From contig NW_002060945.1 of NCBI RefSeq assembly GCF_000150275.1, forward strand, positions 6,749,607-6,813,606: a stretch of 64,000 nt of DNA, given 5' to 3'. A program made the translations under genes and the position numbers. The DNA is from Trichoplax adhaerens. Its lineage: Eukaryota; Animalia; Placozoa. The notes beneath the pieces were generated by a model. The model searched no databases and had not been told where the DNA came from. It worked only from the letters and a program-made list of their open reading frames with translations. Below, piece by piece: positions 1-14,329 of the stretch; positions within the stretch are counted from its first letter, which is position 1; each line of letters begins with the position of its first letter.

Positions 1-34
1 ATGCTTGAGAATAGCATGTCTAATAAGCGCTCGA

Positions 35-340
35 GATTGAAACGTTTCTTTCCGATCATCCAGTGATTAGAGCTGATATTCAATGGTGCTTGGAATCAGA
101 AATTTTAGTATATACTAAATATATTTCCTCATTCATTTCATGATTAAAATATTTTCTTTCTGATCATCTAATTAACAGATTTGATACTCGATTATGCTTG
201 ATTTCAGAAATTTCTTAATATACTCGTATATGAAATGTATCAAGGTACCTCGCTCGTCTAGTGATTAAGATATTTTCTTTTCTATCATCTAACTAATGGA
301 CTGATGCTCAGTAACGTTTGATTTTAGAAGTCTTATTATT
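35..340. repeat. Degenerate tandem repeat, about 3 units of ~105-120 bp
   Basis: The block tgatt(a/g)a.a..ttt(t)ctt..(g/t)atcatc.a...a..ga..tgat..tc....g.ttg..t..agaa recurs near 35, 141 and 263. Confidence 0.6.
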
Positions 341-3300
341 TATTATGCTCGATATATTGCCTAGCATATCTGAAATTTAATAACATTCTACTCCAAGAAT
401 TGAAGCCCGTCTTCAATAGACTGCTTCTGTTATTCCAAGCCAAGACAAGGGCTACATAAGTTTTCTTCTTAGTAGTCCCTGGTTATAGGGCCGATGTTTG
501 AAAGTATTTCATCTTCAAAGATTTAAAAGCAATCATTGCAGAAGTTACCCCAATTAACCCAAGTTTAGAATGTCTTCTGTTGCTACAAAATTTTCTTATT
601 CACTAAATCAAACTAATGATATACATCTACACCCAGTTCAAAAATGTAAGTAGGTAACACATAAATTTTAAGATTAGATTACTTGATAATATTACAGACT
701 AAATATCTCTATATCATTAAATGAATAAATTCTACTAGCAGTAGTATTCCATGGCAAAAAATTTGAATGCGCATCATGTAAGCCCCTTCACTATCCTGAA
801 GATTAAGACATTTCAAAACACCAACATTGAAATTCTTTCTTATAATCTATTGAATAGATCTAATCAAATGCATATTTACTCGATCATATTCGATCTCAAG
901 GATCTCAGCTATGTATTAGTTAAACGGCTCTAGTAGCTCTCAGGTTAAGACGTAAAAGAATTGAAATAGATCAAGATCTACGAGCTGAAATTCCTGCTGC
1001 GGTCTAGCCTCTTAGAGAATACAGCGCTTTATTGCTCATTTATTCAATCACAAAGATATTTATTTCTGATAATTACATTAACTACTAGCACATCAACTAT
1101 CCTAAGATTAAAATAGAAGTAAGGGAAAATATGAATATTTTAAAACATTAGAGGCTATAGTTTTTTAATCTTCATTTCTCAAGTTAAACAATTATTATTA
1201 CATTTCTCAATTTCAAGAGTTTGGCAAAGTACCTAAAACTTACTGTACATCAACTATCCTATGATTTGAGAATCCTATTACAAACGAATTCAGATTTCTT
1301 CGATCATCTGCTTGAGAGATCGGATATTCGATAATATTCTAGCTTAGATGATCTGGGAAAAATTGAGATTGAAAGCACCATAGTTATTCTAAAAATAACG
1401 TATTGGAAAATTAGGATATTTCTTGAAACTTTCATCATAGTTGCTCTAATTGATAGCTTCAACGCACAAAATTCCCTATCTCCAAGGACCTTAAAATATG
1501 CTAGACAATTCATTTGTACAGTGCAAAAGATTAACATCTCTCACAATATTTAAGGTTTTAAATTGTTCTCCTTGCTATAATTGCATGAAACAGGAAACAG
1601 ATATTCAAAACGCAATTATAAGCACACAGTATACAAATTTTTTTCCTGTAATATTAAAGTAATAGCAATTATCTAATACTTGAGTAGAAGCACTTTGTTC
1701 ATCCAATATTTATCCGTGTTTGGACAATATTGCAGTATTGGAGGTAATATCAGCGGTATGGATATTATTCCATAAATAATGAGGCTGTACACCAAAATTT
1801 ATATCAAAATATACCTATTATCTTTACGACAACAGAAAAAAAACTAAATAATTAGAAAATTGAATTTTTAATGATTTACATATTAGTAGTACGAGTTGTG
1901 TCATTAGATAGCCAATTAATCCTTTACTTTTACTTCAGTTTGGACTTTTATCGTAGGAAAGAATTAAGTCATAGTAATATAATCAATACTTAATTAATAA
2001 TATTGCTACAGATGGAGTATATACGAAACACTCAACTATAATTGTTACAATCATTTAAAATTAATTATTTTCATGACATCCTCATAGATAATACTAAATT
2101 AAATTAATTGCTTGATGAAAAAATTAGCTATTCAGAAAAAATAGAGTAGACAAGACTATTGATCATTATTGGATACCATTACATAAGACCTGTCTTATTT
2201 CTATACCTTTCCTAAAATCAAAAGTTTCTTTTCAATTAAGGCATAACTATTTCTATAATAACGCGGTTTGATCTCTCAATATACCCTATATGTATCATAA
2301 TATTGAATCAAATCAGTTCTCTCCGCCTACCTTAATTACATATTAGCATGAATCAAATAGTGATTTGCAATCTGGGAAGTAAAATAATCTACGATTGTAC
2401 TTTCAGTTAAGGGAAAAATTTATTCTTTATAATGATCTATTTGAGTCTAAATGAATAATTAGTCGTCAATACACTGCATATCCCTAGCACAGCATCTACA
2501 TCACCGTAGCTCTATATATAAAGTATACCTGAATAACATCTACAATAATATATTTAAGAGCTATTTTATTTTGAATAAGTAAGCTCTACGATTTACGCTG
2601 GTAGGGATTTGCCAAGGTATTTTTCAATTTGATTTCAGATCGTACGCGTGTTTGTAGGGTTTTTTTATTATTGACATTTATAATTCATAACATTACTATA
2701 ATAAAAACTTTGGCAAAAATCATTTCTGCAGTAATACTATCTATTAACTGGTATACGGTGTAGTTTTACTTTAAAATACTACAAAAAAAACACTGACTAG
2801 GTAGAATTTACTTCTCATATTATGGACTAGAACTTATTAATACAGAAGTATTCTTATCAATGCAAAGATCACTTACTAATTTGCTTAAAGAATATAATAT
2901 AATTTGCTAATCGAATGCGATTTCAGTCAATGATTTACAAAATTGAGCTGTTATATACAGAATACTGAAATACTAGATGGCCAACAGAAAAGTCTAGTGC
3001 AATATAACTCCGAGAGCTTTTTCTGCAAATAATTAAATTAGACAGTTTTCGATAGAAATTTTAACCTTTCATCATCACATCATTGAATATCAGATCAAGG
3101 CAGAAACCAGAAATGATTTCCAAGAAAACGTTGCTATGATGCAGCATAGTTTTGCACTACTATACAATAATTCTAGGATAGGGAAACAGCAAAGACCTTG
3201 AAACTTTTATACATGCTTTATTATTAAGCATCATAATAGCTAAGTACAAATACAGAAATGTATGATGAAAATACATTAACAATTTTAACTAACCGTTAAC

Positions 3301-3477
3301 ATTTAATAGCCATCATTCTTAGAAACATCGATAGGTCTCATATCGTGATGCCTGCTTAGAGCAAACTATCTCATAGGATATCAATTTCAGTAAATATTTC
3401 TAGCTGTGATAAAGTAATCAATTGATTTTATTACAGCAATTTACTACGATACCAAATCTTGAGATATATTTTATATT

Positions 3478-4584
3478 TTAAAAATCAGGGTGAATTAAAT
3501 AATTATCTGGAGTAATTCTAGATAGTGATGTAACATCTTGACATATGACGGTTTTACAAATTAAAAAAATGTAAAATGTCATCAAAATACCTATCAAAGG
3601 CATCAATAGGATACCAAGATAGGCAATCAAGATTGTTATAGCCCAATCTGTGATCATCTCATCTCCAAATATATATAAACAGATGATCAGTATAGGATAA
3701 AGTACAGCAGCTATACTAACAGTAATACCTAATGCAACAGTCCAGTTGCTAAATATATTTACAGATGGTTGTAATGGCGGAGTTGTTAACGGATAAAGCC
3801 AAGTAATTAAAGGTATTGGCCAACTCAATAACGATGTCATGAAGAAACTAGTCAACGTAGTTAACAGAAAAATAGTTACATAGATCGATATTTGATGTCG
3901 ATTGGTTTTGTGACACGTTTTCAATATGATGATGGCATTTGTGAATATTAATAGTGTAAAATAAATAAAAAGATAGGCTACAACTACCCCAGATGTGGTT
4001 AATTTTAAATACAATCCTGGATTACTTGTCCAGCTTAGCGCTAAGTTATAACATTTTTGTAAATTTTGAGTTCTACTTAGACACTGTAAGCAATTAATTC
4101 CCGGAGCTTGACTTTCATAATGATTTAGAATGATTAGTAAACATGTCGTCGGGATGCAATCTATGCTACAGGTCTGTAATTTTCCAATTAAGAGTGTTAA
4201 AGAAAATTTATTATTTTCGATTAATTTCCGATCGCATATCAGCAAGCAAATTTGGGCCAACAAACCAACATCGATAATAGTGACAAGGATAAAAATCACG
4301 TAGAACAAGGTGTAGGTAACTCTATACTCGTTGTATAATGTAGATAGACTATAATTACCACAACAGGAATGATTTATATTTGTACAGTCCAAAACCAAGT
4401 TACTACGATTGTAACGTCCATAGAGATGATGCAAGCTATTCAAAACTTGGGTAGATGAAACTAGGCTAATAGTATTTGCCACTATATTCAAGACGATGAT
4501 CAAGAAGTGTCCAAAGGTAAAGTAAGGACCAAAATTATTTTTCTCTAGTCGCAGAAATTTCTTACGCCAATTTCCCTTATCCAT
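3478..4584 (-). CDS. Intronless multipass membrane protein, 368 aa (paralog A); divergent XK-related-like
   Basis: Single ORF with ~7 hydrophobic segments. It is colinear with the 7573-8721 ORF and shares SSTQV, CxxxxxxCCGxYxL, KxQ and GINCLQC. Confidence 0.85.
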   Translation of the reverse strand: MDKGNWRKKFLRLEKNNFGPYFTFGHFLIIVLNIVANTISLVSSTQVLNSLHHLYGRYNRSNLVLDCTNINHSCCGNYSLSTLYNEYRVTYTLFYVIFILVTIIDVGLLAQICLLICDRKLIENNKFSLTLLIGKLQTCSIDCIPTTCLLIILNHYESQAPGINCLQCLSRTQNLQKCYNLALSWTSNPGLYLKLTTSGVVVAYLFIYFTLLIFTNAIIILKTCHKTNRHQISIYVTIFLLTTLTSFFMTSLLSWPIPLITWLYPLTTPPLQPSVNIFSNWTVALGITVSIAAVLYPILIICLYIFGDEMITDWAITILIAYLGILLMPLIGILMTFYIFLICKTVICQDVTSLSRITPDNYLIHPDF

Positions 4585-7572
4585 TCTCTAGCTATACTTC
4601 TTAACGTGATTAGATATAATTTTTAATGGCTAAATCAATTTCATTCTATCTTTCAGGATAGACCAAGAAAACGACCTATAAAGGCTATGCTACTCTTTCA
4701 AACCAATTATTGTAATATTTGACTATTCACCCAATATCCAGCTGCTCTGAGTTGACAATCAATGTTACAAAAGTAGTGCCACCTTTGCTCTTATTCGTAA
4801 ATTTACATTAGCGTTGTCAAGACAATACAATTCTTTCAAGGTCGTATAGCTACTAATGGATGTAGAGTATCATTATTAATTTGTTGACATAAGATACAAT
4901 TAAAATAGCTGACAATTGCTTAGCTAAACTATTCTACAACATTATTACAGCAATTTATTAGCCTATCGTCTATACAAATATTCGACACCATCGTAATATT
5001 AATCAAATTGATTTGAGATCCATCGTAACAATTTAAATTATTTAAAATGATCCTATAGTTCCTGAGGTAAAACAAAATTTTATGCCTTACCTGATTGAAT
5101 ATAATAACCCAACAATAATTCCAATAACACAAAATTGAGCTTGCATATTTCCAAATATGCCGGTTATTTTAGCCAATGTCACACTTTCAATGTAAGAAGT
5201 AGGGAATGATTTCAAGATGTGTCTGATAGGTATTCCTGATAGCAATTTGGGCTTCATGCTCGTTACATATTTACATTATCATTTGTTCTAGCAATTGCTT
5301 AAGATTGTCGGACTGCACGGGAAAATTGTCTGGCTTTACCTGTAAGTTGTAATCGTTGCCGATATAATCCAAATTAGTAAAGCATTTCTAACCAATCGAA
5401 CTAATATATCGCTAATTATGATTATGATGAATCTAACCCGATTGCAAGACCGAAGATAGAAGTAGAAACCCTTTCCTTGAACATCTATCTACAAAATAAA
5501 TCCTATTTCAGATATTATTTCTACTAATAATTAATTATATATAATTTCTTTCTTTCTATAATTGATAATTTTTCCAAAAAATTGCATGAGTGATTAAGTA
5601 GAAATTCTTTCCTTATATACTAGCGTCAGAATTGATGCAATTTTATTTATAATTTATACCACTGAGGTATAAATTATCGACAGTTTGTAAATAACAATTC
5701 GACCTATTTTATTCTCTCATTTACGCTATCTGTTGTTTTTTATACGTTTAAAGTTTAAGAATTAATTATTTCCTTACAGAGCTTAAATATAGTAATTGTT
5801 ATTCCAGGTGTATTTATGGACCACTAGCATTTACTGTTAATTATGTACCTAATTAAGGATTAATTTACTCCATCTTTTCTTGTACGCTTCTACGAAGTGT
5901 CTACTTATATGCAGTACTTTTATAGGAGTAATAGATAATCAGAAATTCTTTCTCTAACTATTCATATAAGTTTATAATTTATACATATCATTTCTAAAAA
6001 TTACGTATTCGTATTTTCTTTGAGTTATATTTTCATTGTCAGATATTAAAAAAATTATTTCAGATATTTCCGAAAGTTATGTAAACTAGCCGATAAAACT
6101 ATCTCTTTATATAATCGCAAACTATTAGCTTTTTTTAAACAGAATTTTAGCTATATCTATTGTATTGAAATAATATCCTAGAGGAAAAAATAGTTGTGGT
6201 CATGTATCTGCATATATCTAAGTGCAAAATAGCAATAATAGCATTTTACTAGAAGAACAGCAAATTAAGAAATATAGCAAAAAATCTCGACTAACTACAT
6301 AGGTATACAGTATCTATTATTCCACTATCATCGCTTAAATATTGCCATTTAGCAATTTATCAAAGAAGTAACATGATTACGTATAAGCCTAAATTTAAAT
6401 CAACACAAATAAAATTGCAAAGGCTAGAATCATTTACATATCTGAATCGAGATCAAAAACCAATCATTTATACAAATTACTTTAAGTCTTTATTTAGCTT
6501 GTTGATTGAGGTAATCAAGACCATGATAAAACATTATTCTAATTTTTGTATGTAGTCATATAATTTTCTCGATTAATTAATCTTCAATTTCAGAGTAGAT
6601 AGTATAGCTGAGTCAAGAAATATTTTAATACCTCTAAATTAAAACTAAGGGAAATCATGTGTTTAGATTATTTTTTGCAATCATAAGTTCCTTAACCAGT
6701 CGAGCCGATTTCAGAAATAATCATCTACTCTAATTCCTATTAGCAGTAATGCAATTTGTTTGAATAAGCTTTTAAAAAACTAGAGGCTGTTGCGTGTTCA
6801 ACAAATATTTAGTTGTTTTAAACTAAGGTCAACTATTTATCAATGTGGATTCTAACCAGTCAGGTAATTTTGATTATGATCTCTACAAGTCAAGATAGAT
6901 ATCAGCTTATTCAAGAAATATCAAAATATTACCGCAACGTGGACGAGATCTATTGTCAGTTCTATTTGTTTTAAGCAGTCATGTAATTTCTTGCATTACC
7001 AATCTTAAAATATCAGCATAGAAGCTATTACTAAGTCAAGAAATATCTAAATATGAACTAGGATAATTATTTCATTCTAATTACATGGAACAGCTGCAGA
7101 ATTTTATGACTAATGTATTACAGTGATCTTACTTTATCCATTTTTACACAAAAGTAAATACAGTGCTTCCTTCAAAAAATCATATCTAAAATAGCATTTA
7201 ATTAACTTGAGCAGCCATCCAATTTATTACAGAATCAAACCATTTTCTAGAAATGATTAATGCGAGAATTAGACGATAGCGTTTATGTTATAGCAAAACT
7301 CTCTGCCTAACTAAATATAAGTTTATCAGTATGGTAGTAGAAAACATTGGAAAAGATCATATTGAAGCAGACAAATCTTGTATAGCTTTATATCTAATCA
7401 AAACTTTGGAATTGTTGCGAAAAACTTCCCTTTTCATACCAAAAATAACATTTAATGTAGGTAAATGCTAAAAGTTACCTTACTAAAAGATCAACTATTG
7501 AGGAGACTAGCAGAAATTGCTANNNNNNNNNNNNNNNNNNNNNNNNNNNNNNNNNNNNNNNNNNNNNNNNNN

Positions 7573-8721
7573 CTCAAATTTGGAATCAATTTCATCTTTC
7601 TTATATTTTTTGCCACCATAACCACATAGGACTGCAACATAAACCGCAGTTTGATAAAACAAGGTCAAAAGAGCAATTATAGGCACCAATAAGAAAGTAA
7701 CATAATATAAAACAGATCGGAATAAAACAAAACAGCCTAAGGTTGGCTTCTTATTCGGTAAAAGGATAACCAGCATGATAATAATTATGAAGGCAACTGG
7801 TAATGATAAATAAAATAGAATTCGATGGACGTAAAAAAACTGATTAAAGATATTAGGAAAAACTTCGTTATCGCTAACTGGTAGAGGAAAATACATCACA
7901 GTAAATGCAAGTGGACTGGCAACAATAATCATAATAAATAATGATATCGGAAAGGCAACTAAAATTATAAAGCTAACATTAGCAAATGTTTTACCTTGGC
8001 AATCGAAATAGCTTTCATTAAGTCTACCCTTATTAATAAATCCTACCGACATGATATATAGGAAGGCATAGATTGTCTGTAAGCCTACAGTAATAAATTT
8101 TAATATAAAGAAATAGCTATTGCTTACTGTTAAAGAGAGCACAGTACATGTTTTAGTAGTTATAAAATCAGATGTTGATGATAGAAGGCCTTGATTGATG
8201 GCGCATTGGAGGCAATTAATTCCTAATGGCTTTAATTCTAAATGGATAAATATAATAGCCATGCATGCTTGTGGAATACCTTCCAATAAAATAGGTTGTA
8301 TTTTTGATATTAAAACTGCTCGATTAAACGATTTAAATTGGAGAAAATGTGGACGTAATAATTGAAGAAAAATCATTTGTAATAACATAAAATCCATATA
8401 GATTGAAATAATGAAGAAGGTAATAAAGACGCCGTAAGCAAGAGCGAAAGAAGAAGCACTCTCGACCAAGTCATAAGTACCACAGCAAGCATTCCTATCA
8501 TTCGGGCAATGATCAAATCGCAATACTGTTTCTCCATCGTAGGTAAGATTTTGTAGAAATCGCATAACTTGAGTCGATGAGATCAGAATCGTTATATCAG
8601 ATATATTATCCGCGATAATAGATATAAAATGAAAACTACTCAACCCTATCGTTAGCCATGCCCATTTATTGGCTTTAGTAGCTGTTTCATCACCATCATT
8701 ACTATTGCAATCCTCAGCCAT
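7573..8721 (-). CDS. Intronless multipass membrane protein, at least 383 aa (paralog B), C-terminus lost in N gap; XK-related-like
   Basis: Single ORF with ~7 hydrophobic segments. It has DNISD in TM1, KIQPILLEGIPQ, CCGTY and GINCLQC, and runs into the gap at 7523-7572. The family call rests on motifs only. Confidence 0.85.
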
Positions 8722-10430
8722 TCTCTCAATAAAGACAAATTGGGTTGATATTAGAACTAGAAAGAATGCTATTATAGCGTTGTTATACTTTCTTTCGAGA
8801 CAAGAACTGATTGGAAATGATCAATCTGAAAGATGAATCATCCTACTTGAAAGTTGTATACTTTTATAATTGCTGACGTGATATATTTAATTTCTGATGA
8901 TTAATTATCATCTAATTATCATAAAATAAAATTATCATTGTTGTTGACTACCCACTTACTAAACGCGTCTATTTGACTGATGCCTTAATTCATTGATAAA
9001 CAAAAATATTCAGAGCAATAATACTATATATTATTGGTTCGTTTGTAGCATTCCTACTGAGTAATATGCAAATAAGTGGTCTAAAATTAATTTGTTCCAA
9101 AATTAACGACCACATATATCAACTGCAGGTATAGTGTCTTTTAATCAATAAATATCGTGCTTAAAATTTAGGGGCAGAAAGCTGATTCCATGTTTATTTT
9201 ATCTATCGGCTCAAGTAAATTTTCGAGACAAATAAGGTAATAAAATAAAATTGGGAGCAGCTAAATCGTTGTCCATCTTGAGTGTTCTTAAAACGGGATA
9301 AAATTTTTAAGCTAACCTTTCTCTACAATCGGATCATTCATGATAATATGTCATTAGTTGGCCCAGTATCGATCAGATAATTCTTCTTGTTGTATTCGTA
9401 AGCAATTGATTACAGAGAAGTAAATGCTTTACCAACAGAAATTGATGAATAAAAGTCTGATAGCTTTATTAATTTTGAGATCATATCAAAAATAGTAGAT
9501 CTCTAAGAGCACATAGAAGACTGTATTATGAATTTTAATCATTAATAAGCTATGCGAGAAAATAGCTATAAATGAATGAGTGTAGGCCGCTTCATGAAAT
9601 ACACTTAAAAAAAGTTTTCTGTTGGTTCAAATTTTTGTATTTTACGATCCACATACGATCATCAATCGCTAAAACGACGTAAGTGGTATAGCTCTTACGC
9701 CAAAAAAATACATTGCTTTTATTTTTATAATATAAGTTTACGGTAGCTAGCATTTCACGAAGAATGTAAAAAATAGCCTACAAATACAAGTTTTTTTGGT
9801 AATGGAGATTTAGTCTTCAGGTCATCATTGAAATCAATTCAGAGGACATTTACCTTAGGCATAATGGCTATAGGTGCGGTATCCAGGTGAAACGTAATTT
9901 CAACTTGCAATATTGAAACAAGTACTGACATCAAGTAATAATACGAGAAATATAATGTTGATAAAATCTAAAATTTGAATGATGTACAAAATTATGACAT
10001 TATACCAATAATATCATGTTGTCATTTAAGTGGTATAATCTGTCATTATAAGTTACTTTAGTAATCTTATCATGATCGGCATTTAAATTATTCATACATA
10101 TATGTACGAATGCACGGTACCATCAATTTCAAGTAAACTGATGTGCGTACAAAGCGATTTATAGATAAACGTTTATATCTGTATGAGTGTTACATTGAGC
10201 TTATTCATTATCTAATTTACCATTGGATGCCAACAATGGCATTGTCGATATTTCAACTATCACGTTTCAATACCACATCCTTCGTGATATACAAAGCTAA
10301 ATCACTAATCGACTTCTACATTGTGATTTATATTTAATTAATTAATTAACAAAGCTAACATATGAGATTATTTTATAATTAAAATGTACTAGCATTTCAG
10401 CTGGGTTTCAAAATTGTAACGTAGATGAAA

Positions 10431-13400
10431 TTATAATGGCTTCAAGCTGTTATATTCATAATCTGACAACAAATTTGGCCCTTTATTAGAAGTATTCACG
10501 TTTTTTCTAGTCGTACACGTGGCATATGAAATAATCATCCCCAAAAGGAAGCCTCCAATTGCAATAACTATGGCCGTGGCAAAAGGAAAATGTTCTAAAG
10601 TTTTAAAGGATAAATAAACAATAAATATCGTAGAACTAGAAGAATCAATCATATGCTATTTTATTAACATAATGTGTTACCTTTTGTGACTGTTGCTTTT
10701 TTATTGCAAAGTTCTGAAAAATTACCAGGTGGAGCAGCAACGGCGCTAGTTAGCCTAGAATAGATTTTGCAATTGACTAATGTAAGAAATAAACGTTTGG
10801 TAAATATCAAAAATAGTCACTTTAATTGAAAAACCAACTTTATAAATTTATCCAGAGGACAATAAGTACTACATCCAGGAATGGTTAAAACATACGGTGA
10901 ATTTGTAGAATTACGATACAATATTTGCACAAAGTAATCCCTATAAAGGTAAATAGCCAAGTTAGTCAATGAAAATTGGAGAAAATTATTTGCATTTTCA
11001 TCTCCGCTTGTTGTCATTACTAAAGCGTACGCACTTTTTATTGTCAACGTATAGTTCTATCAGTACAGCCGCACTATAAGGTGGTTGCAATCCATTTGCG
11101 ATAGAAAGTGCACAAAGTAGCGCCATTACAGTAGTATCATGCTAAAATAGAAAGATTGATAGAATGACTTATTAAATAACTATTAGATTCTTTAGCAGTT
11201 TGCGGCAGCATTTAACTGCGCTATTTCTGATTATTTAAAACACTAAATATTGTTTCAAGTTTACACTTACTGATGAATACATCATCATTTTGATAGGTCT
11301 GTCCTTTTTTCCTGCTCTTACTAATTTCATATCGTTTATTATACGATAAACTAACACTCCAGCAGCTATCTGTTGAGCTGGCTTTCCATGAAACAGAGCC
11401 ATCATACCAAAATTAGAAATATGGTGCAATGTTTCTATAGTTTCGTTTGTAGCCCATTTTGGTAAGGTGAGATCATGTTGTTGCTGATAAATAAGGTAAT
11501 GCAATGATTGAAGATCGGCTTTAGCCACAAATCAAAGAATAGCAATCTAATATCACCTTACCTCGCAAAATAGCGAATCATATAGCTTCCATGAATTGCT
11601 TAAGTTTAATGGTTTCTTGTAGCCAGCAAGCTTGCTGACATTTTTAAGAAAGTCCTATGATTATCATGTCACCGAAAAGATAAATTACTTATCGATACAA
11701 AGCATGAATACTTCAAAGCGAAAGAAATAGACAGTTATGGATAGCAAGTAAAAAATTGCAATATACAATAGAATTATTGAATAGGATGAGTAGGAAGGAA
11801 CTATTCGAATTTACTACGTGAATACCTCGTATTTATTCGAAAAGTTTTTATACTCTGCAGACATCCGATACTGTTTTTTTAGGTCCATATACCTTTTGCA
11901 TGGCAAGTTATAGGCAAGTAATAACTAAATTTTCCAAATATGATACGCGTATTACCTCCCGATCGAAATACAAGTACACTGCAATATTATTACAACACAG
12001 TTCATTGAAGCTTTTTAAATGTTTTACCGTATCTTCCGCTTTAGGTACGGTATGGATTGGTACTGGCTGCCAGGCAAGATTTTTATTCCAGACCTGTGTA
12101 GAGACGCGTACGATACAAGTATGGTATTACAGTAGCTCATTAGATGCTTTTTCAACAATAGTAAGATGGCAATCAATAACTTTGTGATACCTGTCTACCA
12201 TGAGGTGGATACAATGAACTGAGTTGGGATTCGGCACTCATTAATGTCCGATCTACATTCGTACTACGAATACTCACCTTTAAACGGAATTTTTTACAAG
12301 ATTTTATGATTAAAATTACGTGTAATAGTCATTTTCATAAAATAATTGCCATTATGACACAACAGAAATATATTATACTAGTATTGTTACCCCTAACAGT
12401 TGAAATTGAAATTTTTTGTATAAATTTACCTCCTTTCGAATGTAACTTCTATTCAAAAATCGAAAATTTTCGATATAGCGAATCTTAAGAAATTTTCCTA
12501 ATGCTGCCTCTTGTCGCATTCCTCTCTAATAAAAAAAGTAAATACGTGATAGAAGAGTGTCATGACACAATGTCATAACTGTTATATCTAATATAATTAA
12601 AATGATGGTATTGTATTTCATATTTTATCTACAGCTGATAGCATTTACGCATTACAAATAATATATACAGTAAAGTAATTAGTATTGATTCGATTTCAAC
12701 ATTAAAGTAAGACTAGAGAAGTGCAGCATAGGAATCGATAACTTGAATAGTCTTTTGAGCTAAATATGTACTAAAGTATGTAAGACAACAGATGTAGTTG
12801 CTGTTGCAATAATAAATACAATTAGTGACTGTAAATTATTATTATCCCGTTAATTATCAAAAAAAGATACAGAAGTAAAAAAATGAACAAGATACAGTAA
12901 TATAAATTTACAAAGTAACGTATCTATGAACCTGGGTCAGTTGTCCGGTTCCTTGAGGCCAAACTTTAGCCCTATTAGGAGAGTTTGGATATATTACCAT
13001 AGGTGCTCTATCGCCATGACGGTAAACCTAGTTAAAAACAGATAAATAGCAATTTAATTTGAAGACAGGAAATTAAGCATAAAAGTAATTATTTCAAATA
13101 GAATGAAAATAATAAACCACATTATTCATTTGAACCAAAAAACAATACTCTTCGTGAAATAGATATGTATCATAGATTACGTTAAAAGTTAGATGCTATA
13201 AGTTGCATAATAATAATTCACTTATTAGCTAGTATATAAATTTACTATAATTCTAATAACTTGAGTTTGTAATAGTCATGGGTCGGAATAAAGCTTAAAT
13301 CACAATTCATTTATCTCTATTGAACGATATTTATTCAATATAGATATGTACGTATAAGTAAGCTAATCTTTGTAAATAATAACATTTAATAATCTTCATA

Positions 13401-14329
13401 ATACAAATATGCAGAATACTATCTTAACTATTCTTTCAAGTCCACACGTGCACATATGAGTATAATTGGAGAAACTTTACACTTTTAAGATTATCCAATT
13501 ATACTATACGGTTTCAATTATCAGTATAATTAATGGTATTTACTGATGATATGCAATTTCGTGTATAAGGGTCATTGTAAGGCTTGAAATGTTGTCCTTT
13601 TACAACAATTAATTATGATTGAGTGTAATTACAAGTATTGTTGAGCATAGGTGGCATTAGAGTACCATATTTGCTCAACATGGACATAGTAATACGAGCC
13701 ATGGTTAATCATAATTTACAGTTCATTTCATACTTGATCAGAGAGGGATAAAGTATAGATAAATCAGGGGTACAATTGCAAAGTAAATTGATAGACTTGA
13801 TCTCCATACATGTTCTGCAACAGCGCTGTTGAGTATACCGCATATTGAACTGAAATATCTCATTAGCGATGAGAATTTTATGGGCAAAATTACGTTACAG
13901 AGTGATTTCCAAGATCGACCGAGGTCGAAAGTACAACTGTAGATGCGATTCCATCGTCAAAGTTGATACAGTATATAACATGTGTAAGGCTCAATAGAAA
14001 TTCATAACTACACAGTATACTACCATGGACTTTATAAATACGGTAAATCTAGAAGTCCATGATACTACACGAGTAAAATACAACTGCATCAATCGATATC
14101 CAACGCCATTATCATGTTAGTGGAAGTTTACGTACGTTTATCCTATGACAAACAACAAATCATAGGCGTACAAGGCATGATGATAATTACTGTTGACATG
14201 GCGACACATGGCTCTTACCGTACTAACAAAAACGAGCTTCTTGTTACGCTTTGGACGGGCGCTTGAAGTTAATGCTATAAACGACACGAATAAACAAGAT
14301 AGAATGGCACAGTTCAACTTCACAGACAT
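10431..14329 (-). CDS. ACP2: Lysosomal/prostatic-type histidine acid phosphatase, copy 1 (12 coding exons)
   Basis: Signal peptide exon at 14219-14329. VYRHGDRAP...WPQGTGQLTQ at 12932-13027. RSTNVDRTLMSA, WQPVPIHTVP, MYSS|HDTT and PPYSAAVLIELY follow. The last exon has a TM helix and YNSL (YxxPhi). All introns are GT-AG. Confidence 0.93.

Noticed and set aside
4350-8490. Tetraspanin call from the CCG motif
   Set aside because: The CCG lies after the first TM segment and the proteins have ~7 hydrophobic segments, unlike 4-TM tetraspanins.
3478-8721. GPCR call for the two membrane proteins
   Set aside because: There are no DRY, NPxxY or other class motifs.
14014-14066. catggactt/aagtccatg inverted repeat in ACP2-1 intron 1
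   Set aside because: It is an isolated 9-bp stem with no box motifs or second copy.
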